In this document: positions 18,308-27,373 of the stretch, in pieces
Numbering within the stretch: the stretch's first letter is position 1
Layout of the letters: the number at the start of each line of letters is the position of its first letter
Assembly: GCA_964473055.1 (NCBI GenBank)
Contig: CAYYOE010000001.1
Coordinates: forward strand, 1-43,324
Source of the DNA: an uncultured Rhodobacterales bacterium
Lineage (GTDB): Bacteria; Pseudomonadota; Alphaproteobacteria; Rhodobacterales; Rhodobacteraceae
Length of the DNA: 43,324 bases
Direction of reading: 5' to 3'
The notes under the pieces: generated by a model
The model's database searches: none
Seen by the model: only the letters and a program-made list of their open reading frames with translations
What the model was told of the DNA's origin: nothing
Program-made: the position numbers and the translations under genes

Positions 18308-19204
18308 TCAGCGCTGTGACCGGGGGTCGAGCGCCTCGCGCACCCCGTCGGATAGGAAATGCAGGCTGATCGCAATCATCAGGATCACCGCGCCCGGCAG
18401 CGTCGAGATCCACCACGCGTTCTCGAGGTAGGTCTGTCCATCGCGGATGATATTCCCAAGTGACGGCGCTGGCGGCATGATCCCCAGCCCGAGGAACGAC
18501 AGGCTGGCCTCGACCAGGATCGCGTTCGCCGCCGCGATGCTGGCCGCCACCAGCATCGGTGCGATCGAATTCGGCAGGATGTGGCGCGACATCATCCAGC
18601 CGGTCGAGGCCCGGACTGTGCGGGCCGCGTCGATGAAGGACCGCGTGCGCAAGGTCAGAACCTGCGACCGCTGCAGCCGGATGAAGCGCGGAACGTCGGC
18701 AAGCGCGATGGCAAGGATCACCGGCACAATTCCCGTCCCCACCACCGCAACCAGCCCGATCGCCAGCAGAAGCGACGGAAAGGCCAGGAAGATGTCCACG
18801 ACGGTCATAACCATCCGGTCGATGACACCGCCGAAGAACCCCGCGATCGTCCCCAGGATCATTCCCATGGTCAGTGCGATGGTCGCGACCGAGAACCCCA
18901 CGAAAAGCGACACCTTCACGCCTTCAAGCGTGCGCGCCAACACGTCGCGGCCCATCCGGTCGGTTCCGAACGGGTGCGCAAGCGACGGGGCCTGCATCAT
19001 GGCGCGCAGATTGGTTTCGAGCGGCCCCTGCAACGGCAGGAGCGGTGCCAGCGCCACCAGCGCAAGGATCGCCAGCAGGATCGCCAGCGCGATGCGGGTC
19101 TTGCGGTTCGACTGTACCAAGGCGCGCTGCCCCGATGCGACGAACGCCGAAACGCCGCGCAGCGAAGATGCCGGAGGATTCAGGGTTTCGAGGGCCATGG
19201 CCAC
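18308..19204 (-). CDS. ABC transporter permease (DppC/OppC-like)
   Basis: BPD_transp_1-type permease with the EAA-like loop SFIDAARTVRASTGWMMSRHILPN. Confidence 0.93.
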   Translation of the reverse strand: MAMALETLNPPASSLRGVSAFVASGQRALVQSNRKTRIALAILLAILALVALAPLLPLQGPLETNLRAMMQAPSLAHPFGTDRMGRDVLARTLEGVKVSLFVGFSVATIALTMGMILGTIAGFFGGVIDRMVMTVVDIFLAFPSLLLAIGLVAVVGTGIVPVILAIALADVPRFIRLQRSQVLTLRTRSFIDAARTVRASTGWMMSRHILPNSIAPMLVAASIAAANAILVEASLSFLGLGIMPPAPSLGNIIRDGQTYLENAWWISTLPGAVILMIAISLHFLSDGVREALDPRSQR

Positions 19205-19210
19205 CTCCCG

Positions 19211-20158
19211 TCAGAATTTCACGCGCGGATCGAGCGCGCGGTAGATGAGGTCGGTGGCGAAGTTGATCGTGACGAACAGCAGCGCGTAGAAGACGATCAG
19301 CGTCTGCACCATCTGGTAATCGCGGCTGTTGATGCCGTTGATAAGCAGGTTGCCGATACCCGGGATCGTGAAGATGAACTCGACGATCACAGTGCCGTTC
19401 AGCAGGTTTCCGAAGCTCAGCCCGATGACCGTGACGATGGGCAGGGCGGCGTTCTTCAAGGCGTGGCGGAACAGCACGCGGAACTCGGACCAGCCAAGCG
19501 CGCGGGCGGTGCGGACGTAGTCCTCGTTCAGGATCTCGAGGACCGAAGTGCGGGTGATCCGCGCCATGGTGGCCACCTGTGTCACCGACAACACAAGGAC
19601 CGGCAGAGCGATCCGCGACAGGAAGGCGGCGGGGTCGTCGAAGCTGACCGCGCCGCTGGCGGGAAACCACCCCAACGTCAGCGAGAACAGCAGCAGGAAC
19701 ACCAGGGCCGTCCAGAACGACGGCATGAGATCGACCACCATTGCCGATCCGGTGATGAGGTTGTCGAGCCCGGTGCGGCCCTTGTGCGCCATGAAGGCCG
19801 CCACCGTGCCCAGCGGAATGGCCACAACGACGGTCAGGATGATGGTCAGGACCGCGATCGACAGGGTGACCGGCAGTGCCCGCAGGATCAGGTCGGCAAC
19901 CGGCAGGCGCGTGGTGATCGTCGTGCCGAAGTCGAAGGTAACGAGGTTGCCGAGATAGGTGATGTACTGCGCGAAGAGCGGCTCGTTCAGGCCCATCTCC
20001 TCGCGCAGGCGTTCCAGCGCTTCGCCCGAAAGGGTGTCGCCGGCCATGGCCGAAGCCGCATCCCCCGGGATGAACCGAAGGGTGAAGAATACCAGCGTCA
20101 CCACGCCGAGAATGGTGATGGCAAGCTGGGCGGTCTTCTTAAGGCTGTAGTCGAGCAT
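19211..20158 (-). CDS. ABC transporter permease (DppB/OppB-like)
   Basis: MLDYSLKKTAQLAITILGVVTLVFFTLRFIPGD is a typical DppB N-terminus, and the EAA loop DYVRTARALGWSEFRVLFRHALKNA is present. Confidence 0.93.
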   Translation of the reverse strand: MLDYSLKKTAQLAITILGVVTLVFFTLRFIPGDAASAMAGDTLSGEALERLREEMGLNEPLFAQYITYLGNLVTFDFGTTITTRLPVADLILRALPVTLSIAVLTIILTVVVAIPLGTVAAFMAHKGRTGLDNLITGSAMVVDLMPSFWTALVFLLLFSLTLGWFPASGAVSFDDPAAFLSRIALPVLVLSVTQVATMARITRTSVLEILNEDYVRTARALGWSEFRVLFRHALKNAALPIVTVIGLSFGNLLNGTVIVEFIFTIPGIGNLLINGINSRDYQMVQTLIVFYALLFVTINFATDLIYRALDPRVKF

Positions 20159-20176
20159 GGCCGACTTCTCCCCGGG

Positions 20177-21706
20177 TCAGGCGACGGTCAGATCGACTTC
20201 GAAGAAGTTGACCTGTCCGAGGTAGTTGGGCTGAACACCCGCCACCGATGCCTTGCCCGGCCAGAACACGTTGCTGGCATAGCTTGGGAGATACGGCAGG
20301 TCGGTCATCACGATCTGCTGCACCTTCTCGTACATCCCGAAGGCCTTTCCCGCGTCGGGCTCGGCCCGTGCGGCCTCGATCAGCGCAGTGACCTCGGGGT
20401 TGTCGTATCGCGCCCCGTTCAGGCCGCCGGGAACCGTGTTCGACGGATGCAGGTAGCTGAACAGGATCATGTCGGGGTTTACGGCCGGCAACAGGCGGGT
20501 TGCCATCTGGAACTCCCCCGCGTTCCGGCGCTGGTTGAAGGTGGGCGTATCCACAAGTTCCATCTGCATGTCGACGCCGACCTGCGCGAGGAAATCGATC
20601 TCGAACTGCTGGATCTCGGTGACACCCTGGGCTGAGGTGCCGAGGTGCTTGAACGACAGTCCCCAGCCATATCCCGCGTCGGCGAGAAGGGCCTTGGCCT
20701 TGTCAGGGTCATAGGCGTACTTCGGCGTGTTGTCCGAGTAGACGTTCATCCAGGGCAGAAGGATCGAATAGGCGGCCTGCGTCAGGCTGGGCGAGATCGC
20801 GTTGCAGATGGTGTCGTAGTCGATGGCATAGGCGATCGCCTGGCGGACCCGAACATCGGCAAAAGGCGCATATTCGGGGTTCAACACCTTCAGCGCGACC
20901 GCATAGTTCTGCACGCTGTTCATCACGAAGCCTTCGGCCTTCAAGGTCTGGAGGTTCTCCTCGCGGTTCGACCGCATCACCAGATCGACCTCGCCGTTGC
21001 GCAGGGCGATGGTCGCGGTCTGCTCGTCCTTGATGATGTTGAAGACGATGGTCTCGATCGGCGCGGGGCCGCGGTAGTAGTCCTCGTGCCGCTTGAGCAC
21101 GATGCGCGAGTTGACGTCGATTTCGGCCAGATAGTACGGCCCGGTCCCGAGCGGCTTCCAGCGGACCTGATCCCCGGCCTCCTCGATCGCCCTTCGGCTG
21201 ACGATCTGGCCCTGGTGATAATTCGCCACGGTATGCAGGAAGTTGCCATTCGGCGCCGAAAGCTCGATGACCAGCGTGTAGGGATCGGGCGCTTCCATCT
21301 TCGCGATCCCGGCCAGTTCGGACGCATAGGGCGATGCGGTCGCGGGGTCGAGGATGCGGTTGTAGCTGTAGATCACGTCCTCGGCGGTGAAGTCGCCATA
21401 GCCGTTCTGGAACTTCACGCCTTCGCGCAGCCGGAATGTCCATGTCTTGTTGTCCGACGTCTCCCACGATGTGGCGAGATCCGGCCCGATTTCGCCCGAT
21501 TGGCTGTCGTAAGTCGTCAGGCCCGAGAAGATGTTGAACGCGATATTCTCGTTCTCGATCCGGAAGATGTTCGCCGGATCGAACCCCGCGGGGTCGTCGT
21601 AGAATCGAACGGTGAGAAGCTTGCCGTCGCTTGCCCGCGCCATCTGGGGCACAAGGGCAGTTGCGGCAAGCAAGGCATTGAAATGGCGTCTGTTCAGCAG
21701 GGGCAT
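20177..21706 (-). CDS. ABC transporter substrate-binding protein, family 5 (peptide/nickel/opine type)
   Basis: A 509-aa protein with a signal peptide (MPLLNRRHFNALLAATALVPQMARA) and the SBP_bac_5 layout (LATSWETSDNKTWTFRLREGVKFQNG). Confidence 0.93.
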   Translation of the reverse strand: MPLLNRRHFNALLAATALVPQMARASDGKLLTVRFYDDPAGFDPANIFRIENENIAFNIFSGLTTYDSQSGEIGPDLATSWETSDNKTWTFRLREGVKFQNGYGDFTAEDVIYSYNRILDPATASPYASELAGIAKMEAPDPYTLVIELSAPNGNFLHTVANYHQGQIVSRRAIEEAGDQVRWKPLGTGPYYLAEIDVNSRIVLKRHEDYYRGPAPIETIVFNIIKDEQTATIALRNGEVDLVMRSNREENLQTLKAEGFVMNSVQNYAVALKVLNPEYAPFADVRVRQAIAYAIDYDTICNAISPSLTQAAYSILLPWMNVYSDNTPKYAYDPDKAKALLADAGYGWGLSFKHLGTSAQGVTEIQQFEIDFLAQVGVDMQMELVDTPTFNQRRNAGEFQMATRLLPAVNPDMILFSYLHPSNTVPGGLNGARYDNPEVTALIEAARAEPDAGKAFGMYEKVQQIVMTDLPYLPSYASNVFWPGKASVAGVQPNYLGQVNFFEVDLTVA

Positions 21707-21779
21707 GTCGCGACTCCTGGGTGGCAGTGGGATCGGACCGGAGCCAACGACGGCTCCGGTGTTCGCATTGGGGGCGGGG

Positions 21780-22505
21780 TCAGCCGGCCTTGCGCAGCGG
21801 CGCGGCTGCGGTGGCGCCAGTCACCTCGCGCAGGTAGGTCTTCGCCATTTCCAGGTCGACGACATCGGCGTACTTCTGGTGCATGTCGTAGAGGTTCATG
21901 AAGTGCGATGCCTCGGTGCGGTCGAACACGCACTCGGACACCACCCCCATGCGGAAGCGGTGCGTTGCTCCGTCGACGACCGACGCGCGAACGCAGCCCG
22001 ACGTGGTCTCGCCACAGACGATCAGGGTGTCGACCCCGAGCGAGGTGAGGTGGAACGCCAGCGGTGTGCCCTGAAAGCCCGATGGTGCTGTCTTCTCGAT
22101 CACCACTTCGCCGTCGATCGGGGCCACCTCGGACACGATCTCCATGCCCTTGGCCTGCATCTCAGGCGAAAGCTTGGACGGCCCACGATGCCGGTGGACC
22201 CAGGGCTTGATTCCGGTCTTCATTCCCTTGACGTGGACGACCGGGACGCCGCAGGCGCGCGCGACCGCCAGTAGTTCGGCGATCTTGTCGACGGCAGCCC
22301 AGCCTTCCAATCCGGTCGAAGACGACCAGGTCTTCATTGATTCGAAGATCGGCTCGCGCTTCAGCCCAAGCACGCTGTAATAGATGTCGATCAACAAGAG
22401 CGCGGGCTTCTTGCCGAAGCCGAACAGATCCTTCTTGCCCCACTGCTCGTCATGCAGGCGGTCGCGTTCGCTGAGGTAGGGTTCCCATCCGTATTCCGTC
22501 ATCAT
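21780..22505 (-). CDS. Isochorismatase-family cysteine hydrolase, N-carbamoylsarcosine-amidase-like (paralog 3); first gene of the long operon
   Basis: LLLIDIYYSV, VVIEKTAPSGFQGTPL, LIVCGETTSGCVRAS and LYDMHQKYADVVDLEMAKTYL. The start was trimmed to MMTEYGWEPYL (22505), with GGAG 7 nt upstream. Confidence 0.9.
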   Translation of the reverse strand: MMTEYGWEPYLSERDRLHDEQWGKKDLFGFGKKPALLLIDIYYSVLGLKREPIFESMKTWSSSTGLEGWAAVDKIAELLAVARACGVPVVHVKGMKTGIKPWVHRHRGPSKLSPEMQAKGMEIVSEVAPIDGEVVIEKTAPSGFQGTPLAFHLTSLGVDTLIVCGETTSGCVRASVVDGATHRFRMGVVSECVFDRTEASHFMNLYDMHQKYADVVDLEMAKTYLREVTGATAAAPLRKAG

Positions 22506-22525
22506 CGTGCAGCTCCATCCTTGTC

Positions 22526-22543
22526 GGTTCTGGTTCTGGTTCT
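22526..22543. repeat. Tandem hexamer (GGTTCT)x3, read as AGAACC x3 on the coding strand of the downstream operon
   Basis: Read directly: cGGTTCTGGTTCTGGTTCTGGg, lying 21..38 nt upstream of the paralog-3 start codon. Confidence 0.9.
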
Positions 22544-22683
22544 GGGTCGACAGTGTGCCGGGGTTCGTCTGGTGTCTCGCAAGCGAAATGCACCCGTGGC
22601 CTTCCGCTCTGCTCCAATGCCAACGCCGCATTGACGGAAAATCAAGCGACTTGATCAGAAGTCGAGGCAGTTTCTTAAGCTGC

Positions 22684-23095
22684 CTAAATTTTTGTCGCTG
22701 CCAGGCACCGATTGATGCTGGGCGCGCCGTATGTCGAGGGCGACGGCAAAAAGGAGTGCTCTTTGGCACATCTGTCAGAGCGGATGGCGATCCGGCGCCA
22801 TTCCTTCAGTCGACCGAACCTGATCTCGATCCTGCCGTGGCGCCTGAAGTGGCGGACAGTCTTCCCGCAAGACTGGCTCGCCCACGGCAAGACGAAGGTC
22901 AATTCCCGTCACAACCGGGCCGAGCAGAGGATACCCCGCATCCCCGGCAAGGGCGCCCCCGCGAAGTCGCTCCGATAAGCCCGGAACCGCTGGCCCTTCT
23001 CCTGCCGGTTGCTGGAAGGTCGCCGCGGCGCAATCGACAACAATGCAGCCGAACGCGTCGCCGAGAGGGTACACCCACCCGCCCGATTGCTGCAT
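22684..23095 (-). pseudogene. IS5-family transposase remnant (C-terminal half, frameshifted)
   Basis: The frame ending at 22684 reads FRRHGRIEIRFGRLKEWRRIAIRSDRCAKEHSFL, the conserved IS5-family C-terminal block (YR.RN.IER.F.RLK.WRRIATRYDK.A..FL). Weaker transposase-like pieces lie upstream in other frames (RLRGG..., IDLRLAVGEPVLRED). The N-terminal half is missing. Confidence 0.7.
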
Positions 23096-23110
23096 CGCCC
23101 ACCGGCGCCT

Positions 23111-24208
23111 TCAGCCACCGGACTGACGGCGCCGCTGCGCCGCCTCGGCCGTCAATGCGGCGAGCCGGAAGAACCCGTGCACCATCTTCGAGAAGGGCAT
23201 CAGCAGGAACAGCGCCAGCACCGTCGCCAGGTGCACGGCCAGAAGCGGTCTGACCAGGTCCGTGCCGGTCGCGGCATAGAGCATCAGCCCGCTCAGCGCG
23301 GTGGAGCCCAGCAGGATCACGAACGCCATCTCACCACCCCAGGCCCGTTCGGTGCCCAGGGACCGATCGGCCCGGAGCTTCAGCAAGATCAACCCGAGCG
23401 CGCCGACCACCATCAGCACCCCGCCCGGCACGCCGAGCAGTTTCGGCGGCGTCCACCAGGGATAGGGGGCGGGCCAGCCCTGGCCGTAGTGCATCACCGT
23501 GCCGGCAGAGGTGGCGGCGAAGCACATCAGGAACCCCCACATCACCGCCTGATGGGCGTGGCGGCGGCGGTTCGAGAACCGGTCGCCCGATTCGAAGTTG
23601 CAGCCCTGGCCCTGTCCGCCGTCGAGGTTCTTCATCCGCCCGGCCGAAACCAGCGCCTCGCGGAGGTCGGAAAGACAGAGGTTGCCGCCGCCCGTCGCGC
23701 GCCAGTAGTCGCGCAAGCCCACGGCGATCAGCACCAGCGGCGCCACGAAGGCCGGGGCGAAGATCGCCACCATGGCGTCGTGGGCGAGCTCTGCATAGAA
23801 CCCGGCGCCGTCCTCGGGCCGCAGTGCCGCGAGCGCCCAGAAGACCGCCGACAGCGCCAGGACGGTCAGCCCGGCGATCGCCGTGCCGTGGGTCTGGAAC
23901 AGGCGCGACAGGCGCGCGGGGCGGATATGGCGTTGCCAGCTGTCGATGCGCACTTCTGCCAGGGCAGCCGGCAGGTTCAGGGCGAAGTCGTGCGGTGGGG
24001 TATACTGGCAGGCATACCAGCAGCCGCGGCAGTTGTGGCAGAGGTTGGCGAGGTGGGTGATGTCGCCGGCGGCGAATTCGGTGACCCGCGTCATCGCGGG
24101 AAACACGCTGCAGTAGCCTTCGCAGTAGCGGCAGGCATTGCAGATCTCGATCTGGCGCCTTGCCTCGGAAATGGGGGCCTCGTCGATCAGGGAGTTATCC
24201 AAGGACAT
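23111..24208 (-). CDS. tcuB: Tricarballylate utilization 4Fe-4S membrane protein TcuB
   Basis: ICNACRYCEGYCSVFPAMTRVTEFAAGDITHLANLCHNCRGCWYACQYTPPHDFALNLP is near-identical in pattern to Salmonella TcuB (ICNACRYCEGFCAVFPAM...LANLCHNCGAC..ACQYAPPHEF). A membrane domain follows, ending in PFSKMVHGFFR. Confidence 0.92.
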   Translation of the reverse strand: MSLDNSLIDEAPISEARRQIEICNACRYCEGYCSVFPAMTRVTEFAAGDITHLANLCHNCRGCWYACQYTPPHDFALNLPAALAEVRIDSWQRHIRPARLSRLFQTHGTAIAGLTVLALSAVFWALAALRPEDGAGFYAELAHDAMVAIFAPAFVAPLVLIAVGLRDYWRATGGGNLCLSDLREALVSAGRMKNLDGGQGQGCNFESGDRFSNRRRHAHQAVMWGFLMCFAATSAGTVMHYGQGWPAPYPWWTPPKLLGVPGGVLMVVGALGLILLKLRADRSLGTERAWGGEMAFVILLGSTALSGLMLYAATGTDLVRPLLAVHLATVLALFLLMPFSKMVHGFFRLAALTAEAAQRRRQSGG

Positions 24209-25580
24209 GCTGTGCGGCCCCCTCGCCCGCGATCCGGCCGAAGACGGTGCCGATGGTCATGCCGAAACCGGCCAGATAGCCCTGCCCGAGGATCGAGCCG
24301 GCCATGATCTCGCCCGCCGCCCAGAGATTGCGAATGGGGCCTCCGGCAGTCTGTACCTGCGCGCCTGCGTCGACCTGCAGCCCGAGGTAGGTGAAGGTCA
24401 CGCCGGGGCGAAGCTGGTAGGCCGCGAAGGGTGCGGTGTCGATCGGCCGGGCCCAGTTGGTCTTCGGCAGATTGAGCCCGTGGGTAGCAAGTCCGTCCTT
24501 CTCGGTCGGCGTGAAAGGACCGGGACGGCAGGCGGCGTTGAAACCCGCGATTGTCCGGCCCACTGCCCCGTGGTCGAGCCCCAGTTTCGCCGCGAGCTCG
24601 GGAATCGTGGCGGCGGTGACCGGCGGGAAGACCGAGGGCATGAACAGCCCCTTCGCCTTCGCGTCGATGATCGCGTAGGCGACCTGGTCGGGCTGGGCGG
24701 CCACCAACCGCCCCCAGATCGCGTAGCGCTTGGGCCAGACATCCTCGCCCTCGTCGTGGAAACGGTCGCCATCGCGGTTCACGACGACCGAGAAGGGCAC
24801 GCAGTCCAGCCGCGTGACGATCCCGCCGTCGAACTTCGGCGCGCGGCCGTCGATGGCCACCGCATGGCACTGGGTCGGGTCGCCCACGGTTTCGGCGCCC
24901 TGGTCAATCATGTCGCGCAGCACCACGCCGCGATTGTAGGGCGTGCCGCGGATCAGGAAGTTCCGCGCCGCCGGCCCCCAGGCGCGGGCGAGCCAGTCCA
25001 GATCGGCCTGGAACCCGCCCGAGGCCAGTACCACCGCCCTGGGCGCGACGCGCACGGCCTGCCCGTCGATCCGCGCGTCCAGATGGGCGATCCGGTCGCC
25101 GTCGCGGTGGACATGGGTCACTTCGGCGTCATAGGCGACCTGCACGCCCAGGTCTTCGGCAGTGTTGTAATAGGCGTTCACCAGCGCCTTGCCGCCGCCG
25201 AGGAAGAAGGCGTTGGTGCGCGACAGCGACAGGGTGCCCGACAGCGAGGGCTGGAAGCGGACGCCCTGCGCCTCCATCCAGGGCAGGCAGGCCTCGGACG
25301 CGCGGATTGTCAGGCGCGCCAGTGCCTCGTCGGTCTGCCCCTTGGTGACGGCGATCAGATCGTCGAAATACTCGTCCTCGCCGTATGTGCCGGTCAGCAC
25401 GGACAGCGGGCCGCCATGCATGCAACGGAAGTTGCGGGTGTGGCGCGAGTTGCCGCCGCGATAGGGCCGAGGCGCGGATTCCAGGATCAGGACACGCGCG
25501 CCCTGCCGCGCCGCCGTGATCGCGGCACAGAGCGCGGCATTACCGCCGCCGACCACGGCCACATCGGGCGACGCGGTCAT
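24195..25580 (-). CDS. tcuA: FAD-dependent tricarballylate dehydrogenase TcuA
   Basis: VAVVGGGNAALCAAITAARQGARVLILESAPRPYRGGNSRHTRNFRCMH...SLSRTNAFFLGGGKALVNAYY...DPTQCHAVAIDGRAPKFDGGIVTRLDCVPFS...GEIMAGSILGQGYLAGFGMTIGTVFGRIAG matches Salmonella TcuA along its whole length, from memory of that sequence. Confidence 0.95.
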   Translation of the reverse strand: MTASPDVAVVGGGNAALCAAITAARQGARVLILESAPRPYRGGNSRHTRNFRCMHGGPLSVLTGTYGEDEYFDDLIAVTKGQTDEALARLTIRASEACLPWMEAQGVRFQPSLSGTLSLSRTNAFFLGGGKALVNAYYNTAEDLGVQVAYDAEVTHVHRDGDRIAHLDARIDGQAVRVAPRAVVLASGGFQADLDWLARAWGPAARNFLIRGTPYNRGVVLRDMIDQGAETVGDPTQCHAVAIDGRAPKFDGGIVTRLDCVPFSVVVNRDGDRFHDEGEDVWPKRYAIWGRLVAAQPDQVAYAIIDAKAKGLFMPSVFPPVTAATIPELAAKLGLDHGAVGRTIAGFNAACRPGPFTPTEKDGLATHGLNLPKTNWARPIDTAPFAAYQLRPGVTFTYLGLQVDAGAQVQTAGGPIRNLWAAGEIMAGSILGQGYLAGFGMTIGTVFGRIAGEGAAQHVLG

Positions 25581-26239
25581 GCGTCGGCCTCGGCCGCGCG
25601 GTTGCGCAGGTCGCGCAGGCGCATCTTCAGGGCGGCCTCGATATGGGCGCGCATCGCTGCCTCGGCCCGTGGCCCGTCGCGCCCCGCAAGCGCGGTCAGG
25701 ATCGCGGCGTGCTCGGCCACGACCTCGGCCGCGCGGGCCGGATCGGTCAGGGTGGTGGGGCCGAGGATCAAGAGCGTCTTCTGGATCGCCGCCATGGACC
25801 GGCCGAGAAAGCGGTTGCGCGCGGCCTGCCGAAGCGCGTGGTGGAACTGCCGGTTCAGGTCGCGGGCGGCCACCGGCGTCGGCGCCGCCGACATCGCCTC
25901 GTTCAATGCGGCAAGTTCCTCGATCTCGACCATCGAGGCGCCCCGGGCCGCCAGCCGCGCCGCAGTCCCTTCAAGAACCGCGCGCATCTCGTAGAGCTCG
26001 ACCACCTCGCCATGGCCCAGTCGGCGGACGGTGGCGCCCTGGCGCGGCTGATGGATCACCAGATCGTCGGCTTCCAGCATCCGGATCGCCTCGCGCACCG
26101 GGGTCCGGCTGATGCCCAGCCGCTCGGCGAGGTCGGTCTCGCGCAGGCGCGCGCCAGGGGGCAGGTCGCCGCGCCGGATCTCGTCGAGGAGACGGCGGTA
26201 GGCCGCCGCGCCCTGGGGTTCTTCTGCCTCGTCGGTCAT
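25577..26239 (-). CDS. GntR family (FadR-type C-terminal domain) transcriptional regulator
   Basis: AYRRLLDEIRRGDLPPGARLRETDLAERLGISRTPVREAIRMLEADDLV is a GntR winged HTH, followed by an all-helical FCD-like C-terminal domain. ATGA overlaps link it to both neighbours (26236..26239 and 25577..25580). Confidence 0.9.
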   Translation of the reverse strand: MTDEAEEPQGAAAYRRLLDEIRRGDLPPGARLRETDLAERLGISRTPVREAIRMLEADDLVIHQPRQGATVRRLGHGEVVELYEMRAVLEGTAARLAARGASMVEIEELAALNEAMSAAPTPVAARDLNRQFHHALRQAARNRFLGRSMAAIQKTLLILGPTTLTDPARAAEVVAEHAAILTALAGRDGPRAEAAMRAHIEAALKMRLRDLRNRAAEADA

Positions 26240-27345
26240 GCCGTCCCGTCCCAGGCGCGTCCCTCCCAGACTCGGCGAGGCACCATCACCTCGCCCCGTG
26301 CGAGCAGCCGCGCGGTGCGCACGAGGCCCGCCGAGCGCAGGCAGAAGCCTTGCGGCCCGGTTTCGGCATCGACCGTCACCTCGATCTGGCCCATGGGGTG
26401 TTCGATGCGCACCCGTGCGGGGTTGCCGGGCGGCGGGGCGGCGAGGCCCGCAGCGATAGAGCCCGGCGTCAGGACGCAGGAGGCCAGGCATTGCGCCCCC
26501 GTCACCGCCATCGACGGATGACAGGCCCAGGGCATGAAGTAGCGCGCCGTCACCGCGCCGCCGGCCCGCGGCGCGGCGAGGACGGCGAACTTGGGCGTGA
26601 CGGACTGCGCCACATCGCCCAGTCCCATCGCATGGCCCGCCTGCAGGCGAATCGCCTCGATCCGCGCCATGAGCGGCTTGTTCTCGTCAAGCGCCTGCGC
26701 CGTCTCGGTGCCTGCCAGCCCCAGGTCGGCGGCGCGGGCGATGACGATGGGCATGGCCACGTCCATGCAGGTCACCTCGACCCCGTCGAAGCGGTCAGTC
26801 AGGTTGCCGGTGGGCAGGAAGGCCCCGGTCACGCCGCCGACCACGTCCATGAAGTTCAGCATCACCGGCGCGGCGGTGCCCGGCACCCCGTCGATGGCGG
26901 TATCGCCGTCATAGTCCACGCAGCCCCCAGGCGTCTGGACAAGGGCCTCGACCCTGGCTCTGGTGTTGACGGCATGGATGCGGACGCGGGTGGTGTCGTC
27001 CTGCGGGGCGACCAGGCCCATCTCCAGCGCGGCAGGGCCGACGCCGGCCAGGATGTTGCCGCAGGTGGGCCGGAAGTCGACGAGCCCGCCCTCGACCGAG
27101 ACCTGGGCGAAGAAATAGTCCACGTCGCAGCCCTCGGCCTGCGAGCGCGACAGCATGGCGACCTTGGTGGTGACTGCGTCGCCCCCGCCGATCCCGTCGA
27201 TGTTCAGCCGGTGGCCCGAGCCCAGCGCCGCGACCAGGACACGCGCCAGCACCTCGCGGTCATCCGGCAGGTCGCCGCGGTTGAAGTAGGGACCGCGCGA
27301 GGTCCCGCCGCGCAGGAACAGGAAGGGGATCGCCGTCTGGGGCAT
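26236..27345 (-). CDS. PrpF family protein (aconitate/methylaconitate isomerase or 4-oxalomesaconate tautomerase-like)
   Basis: MPQTAIPFLFLRGGTSRGPYFNRGDLP...KVAMLS...VDYFFAQV...RPTCGNILAGVGPAALE is characteristic of the PrpF/AcnD-accessory family. The start was trimmed to 27345, with GGAG upstream. Confidence 0.9.
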   Translation of the reverse strand: MPQTAIPFLFLRGGTSRGPYFNRGDLPDDREVLARVLVAALGSGHRLNIDGIGGGDAVTTKVAMLSRSQAEGCDVDYFFAQVSVEGGLVDFRPTCGNILAGVGPAALEMGLVAPQDDTTRVRIHAVNTRARVEALVQTPGGCVDYDGDTAIDGVPGTAAPVMLNFMDVVGGVTGAFLPTGNLTDRFDGVEVTCMDVAMPIVIARAADLGLAGTETAQALDENKPLMARIEAIRLQAGHAMGLGDVAQSVTPKFAVLAAPRAGGAVTARYFMPWACHPSMAVTGAQCLASCVLTPGSIAAGLAAPPPGNPARVRIEHPMGQIEVTVDAETGPQGFCLRSAGLVRTARLLARGEVMVPRRVWEGRAWDGTA

Positions 27346-27373
27346 GGCGTGGCTCCGTTTCGGGGTTGCGATA

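Noticed and set aside
18581-20635. A 684-aa plus-strand ORF across the ABC permease genes, and the similar 33100..34857 minus-strand ORF across the tctA fusion
   Set aside because: Shadow ORFs opposite strongly supported membrane protein genes. They are highly charged R/D/E/H-rich and show no motifs.
22665-22696. A plus-strand intrinsic terminator (AGGCAG-9 nt-CTGCCT followed by AAATTTTTG)
   Set aside because: No plus-strand gene ends upstream of it, and it overlaps the stop codon of the IS5 transposase remnant. It is more plausibly part of the IS terminal structure, and is mentioned under the IS5 finding instead.
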